A stretch of 64,000 nucleotides of DNA from Eledone cirrhosa (taxonomy: Eukaryota): NCBI GenBank assembly GCA_964016885.1, contig OZ024742.1, positions 128,030,001 through 128,094,000 on the forward strand, read 5' to 3'. A program made the translations under genes and the position numbers. This document shows positions 44,480-58,609 of the stretch, piece by piece. Every line of letters starts with the position of its first letter. Position 1 is the stretch's first letter. The notes under the pieces are model-generated. The model saw only the letters and a program-made list of their open reading frames with translations, ran no database searches and was not told the DNA's origin.

Positions 44480-45083
44480 CTGCAAGTAAAACATAAAAAA
44501 AAAATAAATAAATAAAACAAGAACAAAGATTAGCATGAACGTTAAACAAGAGGAGGAATGATAGATTTCTCTTTGAAGCAAAATCAAATAGTTTATTCTA
44601 TTTTGTAACCTTTTTGTAGAGTTTATAGCCTGACCAGACGCTGGTAAGAGCATATCTGTATCACTGTCTGCTTATATTTATGTTGAGAGAGAGAAAGAAG
44701 ATGGGATGGTCACAGTTGGAATACCTTTTATTATAGGTCTACTTAATTAGACATTACATGGGATTAAACAACTTTTGGAATAGTGGCACAAGTAAAAATA
44801 GGAAAAAATGGCACAACTAATAAAAATTGTTTATTAAAGATAAATATGAATTGAAAATCATATATCGACATTGTTCAGACATAAACAAATATGTACTATT
44901 CATTACAAATTATGCAAAACAATAGTTTTCGATAATTTTCAGCTGATATATATTTTTAATACGCTACTTATAATTTAGCTGTCACCCTCCCACCCTCAAG
45001 TTTTCATTTGAGCTATTTTTATCATGCACTGAGCTAAATGTTACATCGTCATCATCATATGACAGGATATATATATACATATA

Positions 45084-46748
45084 TCATCATCGTTTAACAT
45101 CCCTCTTCCATGCTGGCATGGGTTAGACAGGATTGTTCCACTTGAGGCAAGATTGATCGGGTGACCATGTCTCACTCGTATAGAACTGTATCTGGCAGGG
45201 TTTTCTATGGCTGGATGCCCTTCCTAACACCAACCACATTTACAGTGTGGACTGGGAGCCTTTTTACTGTCTCCAACACGACCACTTTACAGTGTGGACT
45301 GGGTGCTTTTTGTCGTGACACCTACATGACCATTTTACATTGTGGACTGGATGTTCTGTGGTACCAACATAACTTTACAAAGAAAGGGTGGTGTGGGTGG
45401 AAGTGGGAGGATGGAGTAGGGGTAGTGGGTTGGGGTGTATATTTGATTAAGAGGTGCCTACTAACTGTAGGTTTAACTTCATACATAAGTGAAGGCAGGT
45501 CTTCTATATTACTGCGTAGCACCAAAGGTCTCAATCCAGTGACATTGTCTTAGAGAGATGTAAGTGTGCGAAGTCAGTTTTTATCATGTCAACCCAGGTT
45601 TTTCTGGGTCTACCTACTCCGTAGCTTCCATAAATTTTGATCGCCCTGCACTTTTTTATACAGCTGTCGTCTTTCATGTGCAGCACATGACCATACCAAC
45701 GTAATCTCCTTTCCAGTAAACTGTATCTGATCCCTCTTATTCCTAATTTCTCACTTAATTCATTTATGCTTTGCCGTTCACGTATATTACTATTACACAT
45801 CCATCAGAGTATGCATGCTTTGTTCCTTTCCAAACTGCGCAGGTTTCACTACCATGTAACATTGCTGTTCATATACAAGCCTTTTGATTCTAGGCCATGG
45901 TTCCATGTTTGGAATTTCTTCTCTAGTTCTGCCACAGATTCAGCTATGAGAGTTAGATCATCTGCATATAGAAGTTTCCATGGGTAGCCAGTCTTAAACT
46001 CTTCTGTTATAGCCTGTAGGGCAATAATAAACAGGAGGGGGTTAAGGACGGAGCCTAGTTTTACGCTAAATTCTTCACTATATTCATTGTTAATTCTAAT
46101 CTTGCTAACTGTTCCTCTATACATGGCTTGTATAGCTTTCACAAGCCACTCATCTACTCCTAGTTTTCTAAGAGCCTGCCAGATAATGGAGTGAGGGACT
46201 CTTTCAAAGGCTTTCTCCAAGTCAACAAAAGCTAAGGGTTTACTTTTAGCTAAGTACTTCTCCTGTACTTTCTGCACAAGGAAGAGAGCATCCGTAGTAT
46301 TTTTACCTGGCACAAACCCAAACTGCATCTCATCTAGATCAATTCGGTCCCTAATCAGCTGTGTGATAACTTGTTCTGTGACCTTCATGACCTGGTCAAC
46401 TAAATGCCTCTAGAGCATCTCTTTTTACTTGTAGCAGTTAACGATGATGCTGCTACACCAGTCATTTGGTATGACCCCATTCTCTATTACTTGGATTACT
46501 ATCCAGGTGACCATGGTATGTCCCACCATTCCAGATGCTTTCAACATCTCAGCAACTATCTCTGAAGGCCCAGCTGCCTTGCCTGTCTTCATATCTTTGA
46601 TTGCCTTACTTACTATACTACCACTAACTTGCACAGCTGGTCCCTCTGTTGGATCAACTTGGGGCAAACTATCTTTATCCCATTCATTCTCCTCATTTAG
46701 TAATCTCACGTAGTGACACTTCCAAGCTACTTTCTTATCAGTATCAGA
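45084..46748 (-). mobile_element. RTE family A-related copy, internally deleted
   Basis: RT ORF pieces 46425-46745, 45849-46388 and 45531-45800; UTR and tail. Confidence 0.92.
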
Positions 46749-47509
46749 GGATCTATGCAGATTGGAAAGGAACGAAGCATGGATGCTCTGATGGATGTGT
46801 AATAGTAATATACACAAACAGCAAAGCATAAACGAACTAAGTGAGAGATTAGGCATAAGAGGGATTAGATGCAGTTTACTGGAGAGGAGATTGCGTTGGT
46901 ATGGTCATGTGATGCGCATGAAGGATGACAGCTGTATGAAAAAGTGCAGGGCGATCAAAATTGTTGGAAGCTACAGAATAAGTAGACCCAAAACGACCTG
47001 GGACGAGGTGATAAAAGCTGACCTTCCAAACTTGAACCTCTCTGAGACAATGACACAGGATCGAAATCTTTGGCGCTATGCAGTAATACAGAAGACCTGC
47101 CTTCCTTTGCTCACGAACTTAAACCTACACTCAGTAGGCACCACTTAATCCCCACCCCCCAACACTTCCTCCCACACCAGCCTTACTCTGTAAAGTTATG
47201 TTGGTACCACAAAACATCTAGCCCACACTGTAAAATGGTCATGACAAAAAGCACCCAGTCCACACTGTAAAGTGGCAAAAAAAAATCACCCAGCACACAC
47301 TGTAAAGTGGTCATGTAGGAGACACGGCAAAAATCACCCAGCACACACTGTAAATGAGGTTGGCATTAGGAAGGGCATCCAACCGTAGAAAACCAGCCAG
47401 AGACAGTCCTATACAAACGAGACACGGTCACCCGACCAAACTTACCTCAAATGGGACAAACCCATCTAACCCATGCTAGCGTGGAAGATAGACGTTAAAT
47501 GATGATGAT
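46745..47509 (+). mobile_element. RTE family A-related 3' fragment fused head-to-head with the previous copy
   Basis: ORF 46795-47148, UTR, (GAT)n tail. Confidence 0.92.
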
Positions 47510-49949
47510 AAACACTGAAACAACGTATCACTAGCGGTCGACTGTCTGTATTCGTTCATTTTCCTGTCTTTATCCACATTTTTTATTCAAATATATACAG
47601 GGAGTCAAAAAATAAAATATACACATATTTATTAGAATGCTGAAGTGTGTATACATTTTGAGGGTGTGTATATATATACACACACCCAGCTCCCAAAGTA
47701 CCGTTTCGCTGTGAGCAGGGTGCGACGCGGCCAACTGGTCAGACCCTCCTCATAACGGTGCCACCCAGTTTCATACTGTAAGCGTGTTTGTTGTTAGGAA
47801 GGGCATCCAGTAGTCGAAAACACAGTCCCTATATTAGCATACCACTCTTTATATTAAACATATATTTTACTGTTCTTTAGCTGTTATTATTAGACATTCC
47901 GCAGGTAGTTTTGTTTATTTAAAGATGTAACATAATGTAGATTATGTAACTTATATAACATATTGTACTGAAATTGAAAAAAAAGTTATTCTTCCAAAGT
48001 AATTGATTTTCTACAATAAAACGGACCCCTAATTTAAGAAAATTACCCGACACTTTCACTTTCGCCAACGTTATGCTGTATATTACAGATAGGTGCTTTT
48101 ATAGTTACTTTGTTTTGGTTTAGTAATAGGCAGTAAATTTACGGCATAACACCCATTCGAAAAGAAAAACATTTTTTTTTTCAAGGGTTTTTCTTGTTTT
48201 TAACTAATCTGACCTCCGACATGTTTGCAATCGATTTTTTTTTTTAAATACGGAAAGAGGGTGGGCGAGTGAAAGTGAATGCCAGGAAATCTACACAGAT
48301 TCGATTACGGAAATCTCAATCGAATTGTAGTTGGTGTTTACTCTCATGATGATGATACCAGTGTTCATAAGAACTTAGAAACTCCTATACACACACATAA
48401 TATTGAAAATATGAAGCAACGGGCCAAGTGAAAGTTCAAAATTTAAAAACAAATGAACACACACATACATAAATAAATCATTCGGAATTTGAAGAAAGAT
48501 CAGGCAATTTTCAAGTTTCCTATTATTGTCGGCCATATTGGAAACCAGTGTGTAATTAAGCGATTAAATTAACCTAAAATAATAATGATTTTTACTTTAG
48601 GCACAAGGTACAATTTGTAGGGAGGAGAAAGCCGATTAATTCTACTGCAGCCAGTACTTGACTGGTACTTTATTTTATTGACCTCGGAAGGATGAAAGAT
48701 AAAGTTGACATCGGCGAGATTTCAACTCAGAACCTCGCCGAGGTCAATTATGCCTTTTGTGTATTAATAATAAATCAAAATCAAAGCTATCATTCGCAAT
48801 TATTCATATGCAATAAGAAAGTTGACATATAATGTAGTCACACGACCGGTATCACTGACAACGTAATTGGGCTCTCATCGTTACCAACGAACATTGTTCC
48901 AGTTGTACGAACAACGGAACAGCTTGCTCGTGAAATTAACATGCAAATGGCTGAGAATTCCGCAGACAAGCGCGTAATTCTCAGGGAGATTCAGCGTGAC
49001 ACAGTGTATGGCAAGATTGGCCCTTTGAATTACAGTTCCCGTCTACCCAGTTTCACTCCCATGATATGGGTTAACTCAAGGTTTTGCCCAAGATATCTCG
49101 CAGTGGGATCGAACCCGGAACTAATGATTGCGAAGCGAAATTTTTAACGATTCGGCGTCAATATCACTGACAATTAGTTTTTGAATGAAGAAAATAAAAA
49201 TGAATCTCCTTTGATTAATCAAATTCATTGCGTATATAAGAAAGTTATGTTTAGGGTAAGAGTTGACTAGGGTTCCCTCGTCGGCTGAGGGAAAAGCGAG
49301 CGAGAGCGGAGCATGTGACATAAATCTGGTGAATCAGGCAGATGCTTTCATTTTCTTCATACGAGAACTATTATTGCTGATACTCGGATAATGTAATCCT
49401 ATATTATGCATGGAAAAACAACAAAGGATGGGCATGGCTAGAATGCCTTTGATGAAGTTTTCTTAGCTGGGACTAAACGACAGCAAGAGCAACAACGTTG
49501 TTAATATAATTTAGGTTTTATATTAACAACATAGTTAAAAAACGAGTTAAGATAATCAAAAGCAAGATCATCAAACAAAACGCACTGACATTCGTACTGG
49601 AAAAGAAAAAAATGAAAACAAAAGCAAACCAATTTAAACAAATGTTTTAAGGGTTACATGAAAATGCTATTAATTATATAAAGTAAAAAATGCATTTACT
49701 CTGTTATACGGCTGTCACAAAAGAAAATGTCGTCAAGAATGTTTATTGTCTTAGCAACATTAGCGTTTGATTGCGTGACAATACTTCTTACAGTTGGAAC
49801 TGCATGATTTTTAAACGATTTATTTTTAAGTGCAATGAATCGTGAGAGAAAACTTAACCGAAACGCACCTTGATACAATATTTCGTTTATAATATTTTAG
49901 ATTTATGTAATCTATAAAGTTCGCCTACAAGGTCCTGGTTTTTTAAATG

Positions 49950-50128
49950 ATTATTTCTACTTTTGGCACAAGGTCAGCAATTACCCCAGTGCGTTACTGG
50001 TGCTTTATTTTATCGACCCCGTAAGGATGAAAGGCAAAGTTAATTTCGGTGGGATTTGAACTCAGAACGTAAAGGACCATAACTCTATGCTGCAAAGCAT
50101 GGTACTTGACGCTCAACCACTACTGCCG
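49950..50128 (-). mobile_element. tRNA-derived SINE with CCTTTCATCCTTACGGGGTCGATAAA core (Nin/Deu-like domain); further copies near 48590, 50180, 52810, 52920 and 53240
   Basis: B box GAGTTCAAATCC; repeated within the window. Confidence 0.8.
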
Positions 50129-50349
50129 CGAATTGGAAGTGCCTGGTGACCTAAATCCTCATTTGCTTTAATTTACATTGTAATAGTTGTTTCTACTTTT
50201 GGCACAAGGCCAGCAAATTACTCAGTGCATTACTGGTACTTTATTTTATCGACCCCGTAAGGATGAAAGGCAAAGTTTGTAATAATGATGATGACGAAGA
50301 GGAGGTAGATGAAGGAGAACATAGCAATGATGTTCATAAACCCCAATAT

Positions 50350-50540
50350 AGACCTGATAAACGTTAAAAAGCCAAACGGGGAGTACCATGAAAAAAAGTG
50401 CCGAAAAACGGAAAGAAATGAGGCAAAATGGGGAGATTTTACACAATGAAAGTTATAACCATTTTCACAAAAGACATCTCTCACCCACCCCAAAGTGGGT
50501 GGGACATCTCCCCGTTGGACGAGGAGAGTTGACAGGTTTG
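50350..50540 (-). mobile_element. ~180-bp MITE; second copy in inverted orientation at 51035-51210
   Basis: Termini CAGA(C/G)CTGTCAAC...GTTGACAGGT(C/T)TG; the two bodies are reverse complements. Confidence 0.72.
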
Positions 50541-51934
50541 CTAATAACATGACAAAACAAACTACACAGAGGTTTTGATTTCATTAGATCCTTTAAATTA
50601 CCATATTTCACGTTTCGTTATATTATTTTAAATATTCGTTTCTGATGTTATTTTTTTATTTCTTATTTAAATATTTGATCATTTTTAGCCACCACCCCAT
50701 GTGTCCAATCATCTCTCTCGGACTATTTTTATTTGTGAGGTTTATTTATATCAAAGATGGAGAGGAGATGGGCAGGACCAGGTTTCAAATGCCCAAGAAA
50801 CGCCCGGTGCCACTAGGGGTTACGGATACATATTGTAAATCCAGATTAAAACGTCAGAAAACTTCAACGAACGACTTTTTTTAATGTTTATTTTTCTTTT
50901 GGAAGCGAGGTTTATTGTTTTATTTAAGATACTGAATGAAACGTACTTTTCGAGGTGGGGTTTCATTATTATATTTAAGATATTGAATAAATTGTACTTT
51001 TTTTTCACATACTCGTAATGAATATATTTTACTGCAGAGCTGTCAACTCTCCCCGTTCGACAAGGAGATCTCTCATCCACTTTGGGGTGGGTGAGATATG
51101 TTTTTCTTGTGAAAATGGGTATAGCTTTTAGTATGTAAAATCTCCCCGTTTTGGGGGCACTTTTTTTTCATGGTACTCCCCATTTATGTTTTTAGAGGTT
51201 GACAGGTCTGGGTATGTATAGTTAGTTAATATGGGACTATTATTTAATTACCTGATTATTTACGCTATTTAAATGAAATGTGACTGTTTCCATTCACAAA
51301 AAACTATACCATATGTAGTAGCTTTCATTTAATTATTAGAGTGATTCGTACCAAAAGATGGCGTTGAAATAAAATATAATTAAAAAGAAAAATGAAAATG
51401 TACAATTGTGGAATAGTGATGTCTAAATGACTGAATAAAACAGAGAGAAACTAAACTTTTTCCTCTTTATGGAAATCAATTATTTTAGCATGACATGAAT
51501 GAGAGCATAAATACGATTCTATATGAGGAAGTTTAATGATTAGAAAAAAAAACCCCAAAAATGTTTTCTCGTTTCTGAAGCATACAGTGGGATAAGTTTT
51601 AGCTAAACAAACTACAAACGAGGACATGGACCGTAGAAGAGGCATGGTTACTGTGCATGACCTAATTAATACAGGTGCACTGATGGATATGGCTTGGACA
51701 AGTTAGCTGCACACCAAAACAGACATGACATCAAACCATAGATAAAAAGTAGTCATTCAAATTGCTCTTAAAATAGCAGAGGATATATTTAGGTGGAAAT
51801 ATTTTCAAATTGCCCCATGTGCATGAAATGGAATATTTTTTTTCTATTTTGGGCACAAGGCCAGCAATTTGAAGGGAAGGGAGGAAAGTTGATTAAATCG
51901 ACTCCAGTACGTAACTGGTACTTCATTTTAAATG

Positions 51935-52806
51935 CATCATCATCATCACCGTTTTACGTCCGTTCTTCCACGCTAGTATGGGTTAGACGGGTTGTCCTGT
52001 TGTGGGCAGTGTCTGGTCGGCTGACCATGCCTTGCTCATACAGGAACTGATTTGGCTTGATTTCTACAGCTGGATGCCCTTCCTAACACCAACCTCATTT
52101 ACAGTGAGTGCTGGGTGCTTTTTCGTGGCGCCTACACGTCCACTTTACAGTGTGGGCTGGGTGCTTTTTTGCCGTGGCACCTCCACGTCCACCTTGCAGT
52201 GGGGTCATATTGTCTATATGCTTCAGCTTGTACCCATGGGAGGTCGGGTACTCTGTATTACTGCACGACGCCAGAGGTCACGGTCATGTGTCATCGCCTT
52301 TGAGAGGTGTAATTGGGTAAGGTCGGCTTTTATCACCTCATCCCAGGTCATCTTGGGTCTCCCCACTCCGCGGTTTCCATCGACTTCTAGTGCTCTGCAC
52401 CTTTTTATGCAGCTGTCATCCTTCATACGCATCACATGTCCATACCAACGCAACCTCCTCTCCTGCACACAGCATTTGATTCCTCTTATGCTCAGTCTCT
52501 CTCTCAATTCATTTATGCTTTGTCGATCGCGTATATTACTATACACATCCATCGGAGCATGCAGGATTCGTTTCTCTAATCTACGTAAGTCTTCCACCTT
52601 CAGCGCCCAGGTCTCACTACCATGCAACATCGCTGTTCGGATACACGCATCATACAGTCTGCCTTTCATTTTGAGGGAGAAGCCTTTTGCAGCTAGCAGT
52701 GGCAGTAGTTCCCTGAACTTCTTCCACCCCGTTCTTACCCTAGTTATTGTACTTTCTGAACACCCACCTCCGCTGCTAATTCGGTCACCTAGGTAGCAGA
52801 AGCTGA
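51935..52806 (-). mobile_element. RTE subfamily A2 3' fragment
   Basis: [21 protein letters not shown]...STRPPMGTS*, UTR, tail. Confidence 0.93.
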
Positions 52807-53829
52807 CCCCCTTAACTAATCTTGGTGGGATTTGAACTCAAAATGTAAAGAGCCAAGCTATATGCTGAAAGGCATGCTGTCCAATGTTCTATTGATACTG
52901 CCAATCCTTTGGACTAATAATTACTGTTTCTACTTTTGGCATAAGGCCAGCAAGTACTCAGTGCATTACTGGTACTTTATTTTATCAGCCCTGTATGGAT
53001 GGATTTGAACTCAGAACATAAAGGGCCATAACTATGCTGCAAAGCATGGTGTCTGCCGCTCTACCGATACTGCCAATTTTCCCCCCTTTGGACAAATAAT
53101 ATGCAAAAGAGACCAATCATAGTTTAAACCCCTTTTCGTTGCGATTTCTAATGAAAGACACTGCCAAAGTGTTTTTGTTTGGAGGGATTTAACCAAATAA
53201 CTAACTCTTTTATTAGTAAGCTGATATTTAGAAAATTACAGTAAATTTGGAGGAAGGGTAAAAATCAATTAAATTAACCTCTGTTCTTCATTGATACTTT
53301 ATTTTATTGAACCCAGAAAGAGGAAAGGCAAAGTTGACCATGGCAGGATTTGAACCCAGAATGTAGAAAGTCGTAACTAAATGCCACAAAGCATTTTGTG
53401 CGATGCTCTACTAATACTATCAATTCATCACCCTCTAATAAAATATTGTTTATTTATTACAAATAGCTACCAAAATGTGTGTCAAAGCATTCTGATGGTC
53501 AGAAGCTGTGACAGTATTCCTCTAATGAACAATGGCAAAGGTGTTCAACACTGATCCTGTTTGACAATCATGGACCATAGATATGAAAGGATGTTCAAGA
53601 TATACAATAACATTTGTAAGTACTTTCATTACTGAAGACTTTCATTTTATTGAATATACTTTAAAATGTTCATTTATTCTTGCTATAAAAACTGAGGACG
53701 ATGAATATCTTTGAAGCAACTTAAGTAATGTAGAACAAAAAGACACCAACAACTAGATATTGGCAGTTTCCAAACCATTCTAATATTAGAAAATATCAAT
53801 GTTTAATATATATTTGATAACTTAATTTG

Positions 53830-55241
53830 ATATACCAGTGACTACATAATTATTGCTGGCGACCTAAATGGTGATGTTGGACAACATTGTGACGGCTATG
53901 ACAGAATCCATGGAGGCTACGGGTTTGGTACCAGAAATGAGGAAGGCTTCAGAATTCTGGAATTCTCTGCAACAAAAACTTCAAAAAACGAGACAATCAC
54001 TTGATCACCTATAGATCAGGGGAACACGCCAGTTAGATAGATTATATCCTTACCAGAAGATGTGACAAAGTGTCGGTTGTAAACACTAAATCCCTCCCCT
54101 GCGAAGAATGCACCTCCCATCATAGCCTCATAGATACTGACCTCATAGTCAGGACGAGACATACTCAACAACAGAGGAGGGCTACCCTGAGAAGAAGAAT
54201 ATGAAAGTTAAAGGACCCCACAGCCAGTAACAAATTTAAAAGTATACCACTTGATGCTTTTGACAGTAAGGAAGAGCAATTAGAGACGTACAATATAGAG
54301 GAACAGTGGGAATTCCTGAAAGTTAACCTGCCGAAGGTGACAGATGAAATCTGTGGCTGGAGCAGACCTATAGGCAGGAGGAGAGTAACATGGTGGTGGA
54401 ACAGTAAGGTGGAGGAGTCAATCAAGGCCAAAAAGCAAGCTTGGAAAGTATGGCGGGATGGGGGAAGTAGAGAACACTATCTAGTGGCCAGGAGGGAAGC
54501 TAGGAGACAAGTGTACCTTGCAAGAAGGGAAGCAGAAGAAAGAAAGTTCAAGCATGTCCTACAACGCGAGGACCAAAAACGTGAGGTGTTCAGGATTGCT
54601 AGACAATGTGTCAAGGAAAACTGTGATATTGTCGGGGAGAAGTGTGTCGGTAATGATGATGGTGTACTTGCCATCACTGATACTGATAAGAAGGTAGCTT
54701 GGAAGTGTCACTACGAGAGGCTACTAAAAGAGGAGAATAAGTGGGAAAAAGATAGTCTGACCTTACACCTCTCCAAGACAATGTCACAGGATCGAGATCT
54801 TTGGCGCTACACAGTAATACAGAAGACCCGCCTTGCCTAAGTACAAAGTGAAACCTACAGTCAGTAGGCACCTCTTAACCAAAAATACACCCCCATCCCA
54901 CTACCCATACCCCCACCCCCATCTATACCACCCCTTTCTCTGTAAAGTTATGTTGGTGCCACAACATCCAGTCCTAAATAAATGAGGTTGTGTAGGTGTC
55001 ACGACAAAAAACACACAGTCCACGCTGTAAAGTGGCTGTGTAGGTAACATGGTAAAGTACAAGTATAAGACCTCCCAGTCCACACTGTAAACGTGGTTGA
55101 TGTTAGGAAGGGCATCTAGCTGTAGAAAACCCGCCTGACAGTCCTATACGAGCAAGACAACCAATCTGCCTCACATGGGACAATTCCCGTCTAAACCCAT
55201 GCTAGCGTGGAAGATGGACGTTAAACGATGATGATGATGAT
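53830..55241 (+). mobile_element. RTE family A copy lacking the whole RT domain (APE/linker joined to the 3' end near 54739)
   Basis: IAGDLNG...NKWEKDSL|[15 protein letters not shown]; UTR; (GAT)n tail. Confidence 0.92.
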
Positions 55242-55253
55242 TAGATAACTTAC

Positions 55254-55322
55254 CTTGATAACTTTCCCTTTGCCAATCTTGAACCGAAATAACACGCCTG
55301 TATCAACATTGGAATCAAACAT
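55254..55322 (-). CDS. FKBP15: FKBP15-like exon (FKBP domain)
   Basis: MFDSNVDTGVLFRFKIGKGKVIK; AAG|GTAAGT. Confidence 0.93.
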
Positions 55323-56016
55323 CTATTCAAAAGGTAAGAGATGGCAATATTATTCTATACAATGAGACTACAAGAATAGATTATATAAATGAAATAAAAA
55401 GTTTATAACTTGCTTCTAACACTGATTAACAATCTGTGGTGAATGGTGAATATTGAAACAGGCTGTACTTAAATATTACAATTAGTTTCTCCTATTTTTC
55501 TGTGATCAAATAGTTATCAAGTGTAACTTAATGTATTTACTGAACTGAACAAAAATGTTTTATCAAATTGAAAATCTATTATAAAGAAGTTTTGAATTTG
55601 AAAGTTAGAAACATCAACATTGTTTGACTACGAAAAAAAAGTCTAAATTGGATATATAAACTCTGGAGATGGAAACAAATTTGTACAGCGCCGCCCATAG
55701 GACTTGAACCCACATCTGCAATATACCGGCAAAAGGTTTTGCAACTTCGCTCCCCTCTCTTGGTGATAGGAAGGGCATCCAGCCTTAGAAAACCTGCCAA
55801 ACAAAGGGTTGAGAGGATTCTTCAGTGTCAAGGACATCACAACTTCCCTAGTGTTGGTGCCATGAAAAAATGCACTTGGTAGTGCGTGGGATTGTATGCC
55901 AGGCCTCTGACCCACTTGGAGGTTATTGGTTGAATACTTGAATACTGACCAGTCTGTAACCATATATCCAACCCCTACAGGGAAAATGGACACTAAACGA
56001 TGATAATCATGATATA

Positions 56017-57378
56017 TTGGGTTGGCCAAAAAATCTGTTTGGTTTTTGCAATACTAAATATCAGGCGCTCTCATAGTTGCTAACTTTACTTTTTTTCCTT
56101 CCGAGTATGCATTCATTAGATACTTGATACTTTCAAGTAGTTTGAGCAAAGCTCCAACGAGATTGGTTGTATTTTGTGCATTTATCTTAACATTCAAAAT
56201 GGAGAACCAAAATGAACATTATTGAGAAATCATGCTTTTTATTTTATTTTAAAAAAGGTAAGAAAGCGTTATAAACTTGCAAGAACATATGCGCAGTGTG
56301 CGGAGTGAATGCTGTTACAGAACATGTATGCCAGAGTGATTTTCAAGAATTCTTTGATTCAAGATGCACCTTGCTCTGGACAGCCAACTGTGGTTAACAG
56401 TGACCAAGTAAAAGAGTTAGTTGACACCAACTCCTGTCTTGCAACCAGGGAGATCACAGATATTCTCCAGATATCCAATTCAAGTGTTAAAAACCATCTG
56501 CATAAACTTAGTTATGTCAGCAAGCTTAATGTTTGGGTTCTCCATGAATTGAATGAAGCCAACCTCACCCAACGGTTTTCCATCTGCGATTCCTTGCTTA
56601 AACGTGAAGAAGAAAATGGTATCTGGAGATGAAAAATGGATCGTCTATAATAATTGTTTCTACGTTAGGCAAAAGGCCAGCAAATACCCAGTACATTAGT
56701 GGTACTTTATTTTATCGACCCCGTAAGGATGAAAGGCAAAGTTAACCTCGGTGGGATTTGAACTCAGATCGTAAAGGGACGTAACTCTATGCTTCAAAGC
56801 ATGGTGTTCGACTCTCTACCGATACTGCCAATCCACAATAATGTGAAGTAAAAATGATCATGGGGGAAGTGCCAAGAGTCACTACAAACATCCTCCAAAG
56901 CAGGACTTCACCTAAAGAAGATTATGCTTTTGATTTGGTGGGATTGGAAGGGTGTTGTCTTTTACGAGCTTCTTCCCTCAAACAGCTGGATAAATCAAAC
57001 GCAGTGATCTGCCAGAACTTGCTAATCAAAAGGATATTGTCTTTCATCAAGTCAATGCCAGATCACAAACTTCCTTGCAGATGTGACAGAAGTTACTAGA
57101 GCTTGACTGGGAAGTTTTGCCTCACCCTCCATATTCCCCTGACCCTGCTCCTTCAGATTTCAGCCTCTTTTGGTCTCTTCAAAATTCTTTGATTAGACAG
57201 ACCTTCAATTCTTCAAAAGATGTGAAATTTCATTTGAAGGGTTCTTCGCTAGTAAAGACAGGAAATAATGGATCTACCTAGACGACAGAAGGTACTGGAA
57301 TGAAATGGCAAATATATCATTTTGGGTTTAAAACTCATTTTCACTAAGAAAACCATACAGACTTTTTGGCTAACTCAA
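56017..57378 (+). mobile_element. mariner transposon relic, interrupted by a SINE at ~56652-56835
   Basis: TA flanks; TIRs TTGGGTTGGCCAAAAA/TTTTTGGCTAACTCAA; transposase motifs WVLHEL, GDEKWIVYNN, HPPYSPDPAPSDF. Confidence 0.92.
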
Positions 57379-58268
57379 TATATATAATATTAGCAAGTTA
57401 TGACAATTTTCTTAACTGCTTTATATATCATTATCATTGTCTTTACGTCAACATTTCTATGCTGGCATGAGTTGGATGGGACTTATAGATAGAGAATAGA
57501 AACAACACATCTGTGGTTGAATCTTATTTCTGGTTCGATCTTTGACAATTAGGTAAATAGTTTTCTTTTGGATACAGTATAGAATATTTACTGTATATAC
57601 TTGAATATAAGCCAACCCTCTATTTTATGTTTGAGAAATAGGCAAAAATCTAAACCCTGTTTATAAACCAAGGCAGGTTTGATTACACCACTAAAAGTCT
57701 GTTGATAGGCTTGTTTAAAGTTTATATAAAATCAGAATAATCAATCAATCATGAAGTATCATCTGCTGTCAACAATTTGAATGTCATGGATTGCTCTAAT
57801 GCTGCTCATTTAACTGGATTTATACAAGATGGAGTTCCAATCACTTCCATGGTAGCATTTGAACTCAGAATACAAAGAGCTGGAACAAATACCACAAGGC
57901 ATTCCATTCCTGTCCAATGCTCTTATGATTCTGCCAGTCCACAGCCTTATACTTGTACTTTATCAACCCTGAAAGGATAAAAGGCAAAAATAAATTGAAC
58001 TCAAAATGCTAAGAGCCAGAATAGATACAGCAAGATGATTTGTTTGACAATTTGCTACCTTGAATCAATAAAGTTAGAATAAAGGTCTGAAATTTTACAT
58101 TACTCAGCAGTGTGTTGTGTTCTTGAACAAAACACTTCATGTTGCTCCAGTACAATCTGAAAATGAGTATCAGCAATAGCTGTAGGTTTAACCCTGCATA
58201 AGAAACCTGGATAAGCACCGGCCTGATGAGCCTCTAGGCTCAAGATAGACTTTAAGAACAATAGATAC

Positions 58269-58421
58269 CTTCCCGAGTTTTTTATTTGTAAGCAACCATC
58301 CAGTATACATCACTTCTGCAGAATCACCATCTTCCAATGGATCGCCTTCTCCAAGAACCAAATCTTGGATGATTACATTATCTAAGGCACTGTCATATAA
58401 TTTTGCTTTGGCAATAGCAAC
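58269..58421 (-). CDS. FKBP15: FKBP15-like exon (N-terminal half of the FKBP domain)
   Basis: VAIAK...QDLVLGEGDPLEDGDSAEVMYTGWLL. Confidence 0.95.
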
Positions 58422-58609
58422 CTGAAATAAAAGTTTCAATTGAATCAAAACATTTTTGTCTTCTTTTTCATTGTTTTAAAAAGATGTTATATTTACTTTC
58501 ATTGTTTTAAAAAACATGTTATATGCACTTTCATGGTTTTAAAAACATGTTTATATTTATTTTCAATGCTGCATAGGTTGGATATTATATTAATGAATTA
58601 TATATGAAG

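Noticed and set aside
58190-58255. GAAACCTGGATAAGCACCGGCCTGATGAGCC as a permuted hammerhead
   Set aside because: Three-way junction cannot be closed; better explained as an old V-SINE-like 3' stem-loop remnant
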